Positions 10,250 through 19,040 are shown, numbered from the stretch's first letter. The stretch is DNA of 64,000 nucleotides from Reclinomonas americana ATCC 50394 (GCA_048213135.1 PS015009.1:806001-870000); one strand, 5' to 3'. Notes: generated by a model not told the origin, from the letters alone. Made by a program: numbers and translations.

Positions 10250-10257
10250 TATATTTG
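10250..10257 (+). promoter_or_regulatory. Bacteroidota -7 box (TATATTTG)
   Basis: TAnnTTTG match about 45 nt upstream of the 10302 ATG. Confidence 0.45.
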
Positions 10258-10301
10258 CCGGGGTTCAGTACGAATCCCATGATATCAATAAAAATAAAAC
10301 T

Positions 10302-11135
10302 ATGTATTTAAAAAGATTGATGATTGCAGCAACACTGTTGCTGGCAGTTGGCGCTAATGCTCAACAGGTGAACCTGGCTTTGGTCAAAGGAAAAAAATAT
10401 GAAGTAACCAGTACGACGAAAGTTACATCTGTAGCCAGTGTTATGGGCCAGGAGATGGAAAGCACGGCCAGCACCTCCACTACGGAACAGGTTGAAGTAA
10501 AAGACGTCAGCAAAAAGCAGATCGACCTGGTGTCTACAATTACCCAAATGAAAGTCAACGCGGTAGCCATGGGGCAGGAAACGAATTTTGACAGCGATAA
10601 AAAAGACAATACAGGTCCGGGTGCGGAAGAAATGGGCAAGGGCATCAACAAACCAAGAAACATTACGATTGATGAAAACGGCAAGGTTATAAAAGAAGAT
10701 AAGGATGAAAACGCCGGTGTTGCCACTTCAACGATGGGTGTGACTGAGCAAAGCGGTCTTTCATTGGTGAAAGAAGGGTTTATTGGCAAAACGATTACGA
10801 CCGGCGCTTCCTGGATGGATTCAACAATCACCAACAGGGATAAAATAACAACCAAAACAGCCGGCACTTATATCGCAAAGAGTATAGAAGGCAATATTGC
10901 CGTTATTGGATTCGATGGCATTACAACTGTAACCGGTACCATGGAGCAAATGGGCCAGGAGATGGAGATGAAATCCAGCAGTAAGATAACCATGGAAATA
11001 AAACTGGACATGGAAACCGGTGTTATTTTAGAAAACACATCTACCAGTACCGGCGATATGACAATTGAAGCTGCAGGAATGAGTATACCAGTGGCGATAA
11101 AGACAACGAGTGTGATGAAGACGATAAAGTTATAA
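10302..11135 (+). CDS. Secreted beta-rich protein, DUF6263-like
   Basis: Signal peptide; MGQEM/MGQET repeats and FDSDKK motif typical of this Bacteroidota family. Confidence 0.7.
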   Translation: MYLKRLMIAATLLLAVGANAQQVNLALVKGKKYEVTSTTKVTSVASVMGQEMESTASTSTTEQVEVKDVSKKQIDLVSTITQMKVNAVAMGQETNFDSDKKDNTGPGAEEMGKGINKPRNITIDENGKVIKEDKDENAGVATSTMGVTEQSGLSLVKEGFIGKTITTGASWMDSTITNRDKITTKTAGTYIAKSIEGNIAVIGFDGITTVTGTMEQMGQEMEMKSSSKITMEIKLDMETGVILENTSTSTGDMTIEAAGMSIPVAIKTTSVMKTIKL

Positions 11136-11155
11136 TGATATCATTAAAAATTTGG

Positions 11156-11186
11156 ACTGCCGCTTTTATGTAAAGCGGCAGTTTTG
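11156..11186 (+). terminator. Intrinsic terminator
   Basis: actgccgcttt-tatgt-aaagcggcagt followed by ttt. Confidence 0.75.
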
Positions 11187-11262
11187 GTTTAAATACTACG
11201 GAAAATGCTATCTGTATCAATAAAGGTTTTATTGCAAGGCCTGACGCCAGAAGGGAATACTA

Positions 11263-11538
11263 TTAGTCATAACCTATCGGGAACCATATGCCTCGCCTAT
11301 TAGGAGGGTTCATATTCGGTATTACATGCCCCTGATCTAAAGTACGAATATCAATACCCTCAATTGCCTTTTTAATATCCGGCATCGGTATTTCATAAAA
11401 TATCTTCTTATTCATTAAATTGATTGCATCAGCATAATCAATTGCAGTTACTCCACACCCAATTCCTATGCCTGGCGGGAAACCAAATGCACTATCAATT
11501 TCAAATTCGAACCAGTACCTTTTATAGATGTTATTCAT
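11263..11538 (-). CDS. Small conserved hypothetical protein, putative orphan immunity protein
   Basis: 91 aa, YWFEFE...GCGVTA...LDQGHVIPNM..P..RGIWFP; AT-rich; start overlaps the stop of an upstream frame remnant. Confidence 0.7.
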   Translation of the reverse strand: MNNIYKRYWFEFEIDSAFGFPPGIGIGCGVTAIDYADAINLMNKKIFYEIPMPDIKKAIEGIDIRTLDQGHVIPNMNPPNRRGIWFPIGYD

Positions 11539-11591
11539 GTCTATCCTTGCATTCTTTTATAACAGTTGGCTTGGTTTTGGGTGATGATATC

Positions 11592-11660
11592 AACCCGGAC
11601 ACAGTCCGGTAGAATTTACAGACACCAGTGACCCGCTGAAGCGGAACACTGGCGCCAGAG
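11592..11660. repeat. REP-like double-hairpin element, full copy
   Basis: aacccggac-aca-gtccggt agaatttacaga caccagtg-acccgc-tgaa-gcgg-aacactggcgccagag; near-identical copies at 15303, 19096 and 19224. Confidence 0.9.
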
Positions 11661-11670
11661 AGGCCAGAGG

Positions 11671-12321
11671 TTAGTCCTTAGTTTTAAATACCTGTAAACT
11701 CCAGAAAGTTTCACCATCATCCCCTCCAATTCGGTAAATAAAGTCGTTCTGGGAACAAAACTCCTCAACTACTCTCAAATAATTAATATGTGTCCATCCT
11801 TCGATATTAAATAATGAAGTCACACTATCTATAAAATCCGGGGTGAAATGGTTTTCAAAACTAGAGATAATAAAACAGGAAGAATAATCAAAGAAGAATT
11901 TTGTTAAATACGCAAAATTCTGATGAGTTACTCTTGCCACAAAAGCAATTCTACTCATACCGTTTGGCAAACTAATTTCTTTTTGAATAAAGTCTTCGTC
12001 ATTTAACTCTCCCTTATCAATTAACCCTTTATAACTTTTAATACGACTAATAAGGGTGGGCGAATGCTCAATTGCAAAAAGAACTTTTTCTTTCGGGTCA
12101 TTAAGCATTATTTGTAGTGCTTCATCCTTAAAGTCAGTAACTAAGTTTGTAAACAGGTGTTTATCTGTTCTATTGGACATTAGTCCTTCAAAAGAGTATT
12201 CAACCAATTCGTACTTATTTATTAAGTTACCTTCTATCGGTAAAGGAAAAGACTCATACGACTTTAAAGCATTGAAAGAATTATAATCCTTCAGTAAGTC
12301 ATCGTACTTAATAACTTTCAT
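11671..12321 (-). CDS. AT-rich hypothetical protein, putative orphan immunity protein
   Basis: 216-aa ORF flanked on both sides by the REP-like element. Confidence 0.7.
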   Translation of the reverse strand: MKVIKYDDLLKDYNSFNALKSYESFPLPIEGNLINKYELVEYSFEGLMSNRTDKHLFTNLVTDFKDEALQIMLNDPKEKVLFAIEHSPTLISRIKSYKGLIDKGELNDEDFIQKEISLPNGMSRIAFVARVTHQNFAYLTKFFFDYSSCFIISSFENHFTPDFIDSVTSLFNIEGWTHINYLRVVEEFCSQNDFIYRIGGDDGETFWSLQVFKTKD

Positions 12322-12375
12322 ACTTTATTGGTAATTATGGTGTTGTTTAAGGTTGTCATTATTTTTATTTGGGTG

Positions 12376-12456
12376 CTCTCTGGCGCAAGTGTTCTGCTTC
12401 AGCGGGTCACTTGTGCCAAAAAAAGTGATCTTTCAGAACTCTTACGCAAGAGAGGG
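12376..12456. repeat. Inverted partial copy (12376-12417) plus degenerate direct copy (12423-12456) of the REP-like element
   Basis: Reverse complement of 12376-12417 is ggcacaagtgacccgctgaagcagaacacttgcgccagagag; the following aagtgatctttcagaactcttacgcaagagag resembles 19130-19161. Confidence 0.8.
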
Positions 12457-12472
12457 GCCAGCCACAGCTAAG

Positions 12473-12922
12473 TCAAAAGGTCCGAAGTTGTGACAAAAAT
12501 AGAATTAAAAAATAAAGCTCCGTTGCTTCATCTTCCGTATCAAGATTCATATGATAATACCGACTTTCAACCGCAATCAACTTAGGGTTCCCTATCGATC
12601 CCACCTCGATATCATTCTTAAATAATCTAAAGGCCGGTCTTTTAAAGTACCGTACTTTTAGCGAGAGGGCTGTAGCATCATACAATAAGGAGTAATACCA
12701 GCCCCTGGCTCTTTCTAATGAGATAACATGAGGAAGACTTTGAAACCTAATATCCACTCTTTGCTTCAAGAAAAAGGTGTACAATGAGGATTCGAAAATA
12801 AGTTCTTCATTTTTATAAAACTGTGAAATAACTTTCATTCCCAATTTGCGCTTCACAAAGAGAAGCTGGTCCCCGCCTTTAATTACAGTTATATCTGTTG
12901 CCTGCCTGATTGCTAAAGTCAT
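12473..12922 (-). CDS. Hypothetical protein, possible Tubby/LURP-one-like fold
   Basis: About 149 aa of beta-strand pattern ending in a hydrophobic C-terminal helix (ELYFLILFLSQL); ATG at 12922. Confidence 0.6.
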   Translation of the reverse strand: MTLAIRQATDITVIKGGDQLLFVKRKLGMKVISQFYKNEELIFESSLYTFFLKQRVDIRFQSLPHVISLERARGWYYSLLYDATALSLKVRYFKRPAFRLFKNDIEVGSIGNPKLIAVESRYYHMNLDTEDEATELYFLILFLSQLRTF

Positions 12923-12946
12923 ACTCAATATTAAGAACTATTTTCC

Positions 12947-12981
12947 GCAAGTAACCAGTTGGAGCAGAACACTTGAGCCAA
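12947..12981. repeat. Degenerate copy of the REP-like second hairpin
   Basis: gcaagtaaccagttggagcagaacacttgagcca versus acaagtgacccgctgaagcagaacacttgcgcca. Confidence 0.55.
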
Positions 12982-13045
12982 ATGGATGAGATGGACTTCG
13001 CCAAAACAAAACGTGGTTAGTGATAACGCCAACTGAGGCGAAAAA

Positions 13046-13396
13046 TTATTCTTCAATTTTGCCGGCGATACTTTTTGCTATTTGCTGCAACTCTTCCAAA
13101 GACATATTGGACATGGCCTGTTTCCAGTTGTGAACTGGCTGGCTGCGTTTTAGTTTGTACAGGGGGTGCGTGGAGGGGAGGTTTTCATCAGCGTTGGGTG
13201 TCCATTGCAGGAGATCGTGGGGTTCGCAGAGGAGGACCTTACAGAGCAGCTCTATATGATCTAACCGGAAAGTATGCCGCTGGTTGTGCAATAACAGGTG
13301 CGCAGTGTGAGAAGAGAAACCTGACTTTACCAGGAAACTGAAAGGCCGCTCTATACCACGGGCGCTGAGCACGGGGCCAATATTCAAGACTAACAT
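13046..13396 (-). CDS. XRE/Cro-C1 family helix-turn-helix transcriptional regulator
   Basis: ARGIERPFSFLVKSGFSSHTAHLLL...RLDHIELLCKVLLCEPHDLLQWTP pattern of HTH_26-type regulators. Confidence 0.8.
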   Translation of the reverse strand: MLVLNIGPVLSARGIERPFSFLVKSGFSSHTAHLLLHNQRHTFRLDHIELLCKVLLCEPHDLLQWTPNADENLPSTHPLYKLKRSQPVHNWKQAMSNMSLEELQQIAKSIAGKIEE

Positions 13397-13429
13397 AAGG
13401 GGTACGGTTTACTGTAACTTATTTACTTA

Positions 13430-13756
13430 AAAAATAAAAGTACTAAGCTGAAATCATAAAGCAATAAGTAAAAAGTTCAAATAAAATATCTGAGTTTGGG
13501 AAGTATATTTCTAAATATTAAAACAATGCAATAAGAAATTAAAAATGAGTGATTAACAGTTAAAAATATGTCTTGAGTTCCCGTAATGCAGTAATGAAAA
13601 TGTAAAAATAAGTTGCGAGCTCTCGTAAAGAAGGCGTTAAAAGATAAAATTAAGGCGTGAACTTGCGCAACGAAGGAGTGAGAAGTTAAAATGGTGGTAT
13701 CAACTCTCGCAACGAAGGAATGAAAAAATAAAAATGAGATGGAAACTTGCGCAACC
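13430..13756. repeat. Degenerate 21/42-bp periodic tandem array
   Basis: Units start at 13575, 13617, 13659, 13701 and 13743 (exactly 42 bp apart, e.g. gaacttgcgcaacgaagga / caactctcgcaacgaagga); taaaa recurs at 13519, 13540, 13561 and 13603. Confidence 0.7.
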
Positions 13757-13867
13757 CTGTTGAGATGCCGGGTTTGGGCTCCCGCCGCCAGCGGAACAAA
13801 CTTTGATTTAGCTTTGTACTACCGTGGTTTCCACTTCTGATCTCAATTGTACCGGTGACTAATGAGG

Positions 13868-14260
13868 CTACGTGTTTTGGCTGAATATAACCCACCAAGC
13901 GTTCCTACGGAACGCGGCGCCGGACTTCATATCCCTTGCCTACCTACAAGATGCCCCGATGGGGCAAGGTGCAGTTTCAGGTTTGGGATGCTATTACACA
14001 CCTGCGAAGAAACTTCATGTTTTGGTTGAATATAACCCACCAGGCGTTCCTACGGAACACGGCGCCTGACTTCGTATTCCTTGTCTACCTACAAGATGCC
14101 CCGATGGGGCAAGGTGTGGTTACAGGTTTTGGATGCTATTGTACGCCTGTTAATGAAACTTCGTATTTTGGTCGAATATAACCCACCAGGCGTTCCTACG
14201 GAACGCGGCGCCGGACTTCATGCTCTTTGGCTACCCACAAGATGCCCCGATGGGGCAAGG
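13868..14260. repeat. About 2.7 tandem copies of a roughly 145-bp unit with REP-like hairpins
   Basis: gaatataacccacc at 13883, 14028 and 14174; each unit carries gttcc-tac-ggaac and tgcccc-gat-ggggca hairpins. Confidence 0.92.
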
Positions 14261-14400
14261 AGCTTTGGTAGTGTTCCATACAGGATGAGGGCTACCTAAT
14301 AGACAGAAGATACATACCCCGGTAAATAAATGCAGCTGATCTTTACCCACGCCGGTGGGCATTTGTACTCAATACCTGCTACTCATTACTACCTACCCGA

Positions 14401-15021
14401 TTACTTCAACCTGCTGATGACGTGTTTGGTTAAACCTGTATATTCCACAATTTTACTGATGGGTTCCCCTTTCCTCTTCATGGCTTTGGCCATGGCGCGG
14501 GCTTTACGGTCTTCGGTAGTTTTGACGGCTTCCTCCAGTTCCTTCTGGTGTCGCTCCTTTATTTTATAGGGCGGCACATACTTTAGGCTATCGGCCAGTT
14601 CGGTGAGCAGACCGGTTTCAGTAAAACTGTAGTACCCGGTGGGGCTAATGATGAAATGATCGAGGATCTTAATATTAATAAGTTCCCCGCACTGGATCAA
14701 CTGGTTGGTGAGGTCTTTATCGGCTGCGGAAGGCATGGTATTACCGGAGGGATGGTTGTGCACGAGTATGATACTGATAGCTTTTTTCTGCAGCGGGATG
14801 CTGAAGATTTCCATGGGCTCGGCGATGGTTTGCGTGGCGCTGCCCATGCTTACGAGTTCGATATTGAGGATTTTACAGGCATTGCTGAGGCTGATGACCC
14901 AGAAATGCTCCCGGTTGCGATCGATACGGCTTTCCCGCATAAGGATGCGCCGCATAATCTCGAACACTTCCATGGGGTTCATCACTTTGCTCTTTTCGTC
15001 GGGTGTCAATTTAATATTCAT
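14401..15021 (-). CDS. radC: RadC-like JAB domain protein with C-terminal helical/HTH tail
   Basis: REHFWVISL, HNHPSG...PSAAD, ILDHFII JAB motif; tail KARAMAKAMKRKGEPISKIVEYTGLTKHVISRL. Confidence 0.88.
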   Translation of the reverse strand: MNIKLTPDEKSKVMNPMEVFEIMRRILMRESRIDRNREHFWVISLSNACKILNIELVSMGSATQTIAEPMEIFSIPLQKKAISIILVHNHPSGNTMPSAADKDLTNQLIQCGELINIKILDHFIISPTGYYSFTETGLLTELADSLKYVPPYKIKERHQKELEEAVKTTEDRKARAMAKAMKRKGEPISKIVEYTGLTKHVISRLK

Positions 15022-15302
15022 TTGGTACGGCTTAAAGATATACTATTACGTTTCTTACTCCTTTGCCCAACCAGGCAAATAAGTTCATGTAAAATATATA
15101 ATAAGACGACCGGGACGATTGCGGGAACTACGTATGAGGGAGGGGAATTTTCTTTTGGGAATGGGTTTTAAAAACGGAAGGGTTGGTTATGAATGTGGGC
15201 TCCGTTTCGAGTGTTTTATCAACCAACACGGCAGGAATTATTCATGTTATTAAAAAACCGATGGAAGTATTCCACCGGTTAAAATATGTTGAGGACAATA
15301 TT

Positions 15303-15372
15303 AACCCGGACACAGTCCGGTAGAATTTACAGACACCAGTGACCTGCCAAGGCGGAACACTGGCGCTAGAAG
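15303..15372. repeat. REP-like double-hairpin element, full copy
   Basis: aacccggacacagtccggtagaatttacagacaccagtgacctgccaaggcggaacactggcgctagaag. Confidence 0.9.
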
Positions 15373-15458
15373 GGGAACACTGCACCAAGGAGCGTTGAAT
15401 TTACAGGCTCCAGTGTTCTTCACTCACTAGTACCAAAAAGGGTAATTCAATGCGCCAC

Positions 15459-15836
15459 TTACTTATTTCTTCTGGCGCTCTTACGCAAAAAATTAAGATT
15501 TAATATTAAGAATAAAAAAAATATGACAAGAGAAAACGATTGTATTTTAAAACTAGTTACACTTACATCATTTATCCCAAAACCAAAAGAATATGTTACA
15601 ATTGCTGGCGTAAATGCAATAAGGTTAAAAGTGCCTAATAAAAGTGTTAAGCCAGTAAGATAAGCTCCTAAATTTCTTCTTATAATATACCCTATAATAC
15701 ATATCGCAATACATGATATGCCAAGATAATGCTTTTCGCTGAATATAATACTTGTTGTCGATACTATGTAGATCGCATGAACCATTGTCATTGCTAATAT
15801 TAGCAAAGGGATTAAATGAAGGTTTTTTTTTACCAT
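15459..15836 (-). CDS. Multi-pass membrane protein, cognate immunity protein of the orphan Rhs toxin
   Basis: About 4 TM segments; start overlaps the orphan toxin stop by 7 nt (ATGGTAA); AT-rich. Confidence 0.75.
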   Translation of the reverse strand: MVKKNLHLIPLLILAMTMVHAIYIVSTTSIIFSEKHYLGISCIAICIIGYIIRRNLGAYLTGLTLLLGTFNLIAFTPAIVTYSFGFGINDVSVTSFKIQSFSLVIFFLFLILNLNFLRKSARRNK

Positions 15837-16853
15837 GGGAATGGAAATTTATTTTGTAGTGTAAAGCTACCACCTATAACAGTTTGAGTCTTTTGGGTTA
15901 CTTTTATTACTGGTGTGTTAATTAAAACGACTGATTTACTTACAAAGGTTGCATCAACAGATGCTTTAAATCCAAAAGTTGTTTGGCCAGCATTATTTCC
16001 TGTTAATTGCTCTTTAACAAATCCAACTGCGGAAACGCTGACATCCCCTCTATTACCAATTTTTACAGATGCCCCTGTTCCAACTGAAGTTGTTTGACTC
16101 ACTCCATTTTCATCTTTGGTTGTTTTTGTAGACATTTTAAGAGGAGCTCCAGGAGTATTTACTGTAGCAGATGTTGTGGTTTCAACTTGAGATAATGTTT
16201 GGGTTCCGAAAGAAAAATTAATCATACTCCCTCCTTTATTTTTAAAATAATCGGTAAAATTTGTCTCAAGCTCGACTTTTGATTGGAATACTGTTGTAGT
16301 GGTTTTATTTTCAACAGTTCCAGCAGTGGTTTTCGCCTCTGTTTTGACTTCCACACCTTTATTAAAATGCACTTCCCCCTTAAATGATGGCATCAAACGA
16401 CTCGCAGCTTGAAATAATTGTCTAAATCCTTCATAGAAATATCCTTGAGGAGGACCTGCTGATATCGACTCAAGCCCTTCCAATTCTATATGATTTGTAA
16501 CTTTATTTTCCGAAAAAGCATATGTAGAATTATAATTATATTCCTCAGAAAGCGGATCAATCTCTATAAACCTGCCTATCTGCGGATCATGATTTCTCCA
16601 TTTAAATTGAACACAGTTTAAATCAAAATCATCATCAAATCTTTGCCCCTGAAAGGTTTTCTCCTTATTGAGCATAGTTCCCGCCGCTTTGTTGCTTATC
16701 CCAGCCATCACCAATCCAAAAGGATAGTAATGCGTCTCCTCCAAAATCTGTCCCCTCACATGCGTTACCTGTAAATTATCAAAGAACACATTGATGTTAG
16801 GCGTGGTATTGCTGACATAGATATAAAGATAACCGTTCTTGTCTATAGGCATA
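15830..16853 (-). pseudogene. Orphan Rhs core C-terminus plus variable toxin domain (3' part of an IS-interrupted silent cassette)
   Basis: N-terminal residues nearly identical to the main Rhs ([31 protein letters not shown]...[10 protein letters not shown]); DPQIGRFIEIDPL...YAFSENKVTNHIELEG core end; then a different beta-rich CT. Confidence 0.85.
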
Positions 16854-17291
16854 TGTNNNNNNNNNNNNNNNNNNNNNNNNNNNNNNNNNNNNNNNNNNNN
16901 NNNNNNNNNNNNNNNNNNNNNNNNNNNNNNNNNNNNNNNNNNNNNNNNNNNNNNNNNNNNNNNNNNNNNNNNNNNNNNNNNNNNNNNNNNNNNNNNNNNN
17001 NNNNNNNNNNNNNNNNNNNNNNNNNNNNNNNNNNNNNNNNNNNNNNNNNNNNNNNNNNNNNNNNNNNNNNNNNNNNNNNNNNNNNNNNNNNNNNNNNNNN
17101 NNNNNNNNNNNNNNNNNNNNNNNNNNNNNNNNNNNNNNNNNNNNNNNNNNNNNNNNNNNNNNNNNNNNNNNNNNNNNNNNNNNNNNNNNNNNNNNNNNNN
17201 NNNNNNNNNNNNNNNNNNNNNNNNNNNNNTGTAACCCCTCCTAAAAATCGGACCGTTTAAAAGTATGATTTTTTACCTTTAAATAGTCGAT

Positions 17292-17558
17292 ATGAAAAAG
17301 TCCAAACACAGCGAGGCACAAATAGCCTCAGCGCTTAAAGAGTATGAGAATGGCCGCAAGTCAGAAGATATCTGTCGCGAGTTGGGTATCGCCAAAGTGA
17401 CGTTTTATGCCTGGAAGAAGAAGTATTCCGGTATGGATAGTGAGCAGCTGAAACGGCTCAAAGAGCTGGAAGAAGAGAACCGTAAGCTCAAGCAGATGTA
17501 TGCTGATCTGGCTCTTGATAACCGGATGCTTAAGGATGTAGTTTCAAAAAAGTGGTAA
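17292..17558 (+). CDS. IS3 transposase OrfA (HTH)
   Basis: MKKSKHSEAQI...ICRELGIAKVTFYAWKKKY...LKELEEENRKLKQMYADL; A6G slippery site at 17546-17552. Confidence 0.95.
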   Translation: MKKSKHSEAQIASALKEYENGRKSEDICRELGIAKVTFYAWKKKYSGMDSEQLKRLKELEEENRKLKQMYADLALDNRMLKDVVSKKW

Positions 17559-18367
17559 GGCCCGGGGATCGGAAGAATATTGTTTCTTATCTGGGTCAGA
17601 CCTACCAGGTAAGTATCCGCTGGGCCTGCAAAACCATTGCATTGGCCAAATCCATGTATTACTATGATTCGGTCAGGGACGACAGTGAAGTGATCGTTAA
17701 GCTGCGGGAGCTGGCCGAGAATAAGCCTGCAGAGGGACAGGATAAGTTGTACGCACGTATCCGTCAACAAGGGTATAATTGGAATTATAAACGGGTGCGC
17801 AGGGTCTATCTGCTGATGGGTCTGAACAAGCGCAGCAAGCGGCGTAAACGCTTACCAGTTCGGGTAAAGGAACCATTGGTCAGGACAGAGGAACTGAACC
17901 GGAGCTGGTCTATGGATTTTATGCATGATACATTAATGAACAGCAGAAAGTTCCGCACGCTTAATATCATTGACGATTGTAACCGTAAAGCTCTGGCCAT
18001 TGAAGCAGACTTCAGCTTCCCCGCTCAAAGCGTGGTGGCTACACTCAAAAAAGTAATACATGAATATGGTAAACCTGACAAGATCCGGGTAGATAACGGC
18101 CCGGAGTTCATCAGTACATTGTTTACAGATTGGTGTCGGGGGCGAGGGATAACAGTGCAGCATATTCAACCTGGTAAGCCTTGTCAGAATGGATACATTG
18201 AACGCTTTAACAGGACTTACCGGCAGGATATTCTTGACGCTTATTTATTTGAAAGTATCCAACAAGTAAGAATGACCACCGAGGATTGGATCAATGACTA
18301 CAATAACCAAAGACCCAATGAAGCATTAAATGGGTTAACTCCTAAACAATTTGAAGAATCTCTTTAG
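17552..18367 (+). CDS. IS3 transposase OrfB (DDE integrase core), expressed by -1 frameshift
   Basis: WSMDF, RVDNGPEF, PGKPCQNGYIERFN motifs. Confidence 0.95.
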   Translation: MVRPGDRKNIVSYLGQTYQVSIRWACKTIALAKSMYYYDSVRDDSEVIVKLRELAENKPAEGQDKLYARIRQQGYNWNYKRVRRVYLLMGLNKRSKRRKRLPVRVKEPLVRTEELNRSWSMDFMHDTLMNSRKFRTLNIIDDCNRKALAIEADFSFPAQSVVATLKKVIHEYGKPDKIRVDNGPEFISTLFTDWCRGRGITVQHIQPGKPCQNGYIERFNRTYRQDILDAYLFESIQQVRMTTEDWINDYNNQRPNEALNGLTPKQFEESL

Positions 18368-18841
18368 CTTTGAATAGTTAGTTTAAAACCGGTCCTAGTT
18401 TGGGGAGGGTTNNNNNNNNNNNNNNNNNNNNNNNNNNNNNNNNNNNNNNNNNNNNNNNNNNNNNNNNNNNNNNNNNNNNNNNNNNNNNNNNNNNNNNNNN
18501 NNNNNNNNNNNNNNNNNNNNNNNNNNNNNNNNNNNNNNNNNNNNNNNNNNNNNNNNNNNNNNNNNNNNNNNNNNNNNNNNNNNNNNNNNNNNNNNNNNNN
18601 NNNNNNNNNNNNNNNNNNNNNNNNNNNNNNNNNNNNNNNNNNNNNNNNNNNNNNNNNNNNNNNNNNNNNNNNNNNNNNNNNNNNNNNNNNNNNNNNNNNN
18701 NNNNNNNNNNNNNNNNNNNNNNNNNNNNNNNNNNNNNNNNNNNNNNNNNNNNNNNNNNNNNNNNNNNNNNNNNNNNNNNNNNNNNNNNNNNNNNNNNNNN
18801 NNNNNNNNNNNNNNNNNNNNNNNNNNNNNNNNNNNNNNNNN

Positions 18842-19018
18842 CATATTGTTTTTAACATGCTCTTTAAACTCCTCGTCGCTGCCCACCTGCTCGAACCCGG
18901 AGGAAGAGCTCACCATCTTGAACTGCTTCCCGACTGAAGCCGAGACAAGCTATCAAACAGTATCCAGTTCAAATACGACCGCGGACGGCCACTCACCGTG
19001 GGTTGGTTGTTTAAAAAG
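18842..19018 (-). pseudogene. 5' part of the orphan Rhs cassette (duplicated Rhs core segment)
   Basis: Near-identical to main Rhs 20982-21136; carries a 23-nt insertion at 18928-18950; no start codon or signal peptide. Confidence 0.85.
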
Positions 19019-19040
19019 TGGGTCTTAAAAAAAAGTAAAC

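Larger units (their letters stand above)
17230..18411 (+). mobile_element. IS3-family insertion sequence (IS407-like organisation)
   Basis: Left end TGTAACCCCTCCTAAAAATCGGACCG; imperfect inverted repeat ...CCGGTCCTAGTTTGGGGAGGGTT at the right; orfA/orfB overlap. Confidence 0.95.

Noticed and set aside
13868-14260. CRISPR array
   Set aside because: Whole 145-bp units are similar, with no unique spacers, and no cas genes are in the window.
13872-14299. Small repeated ORFs in the 145-bp array
   Set aside because: The unit length (145/146) is not a multiple of three and the frames shift between units, arguing against coding.
16839-18916. Poly-X ORFs in the ORF track
   Set aside because: They are artefacts of translating assembly N-gaps.
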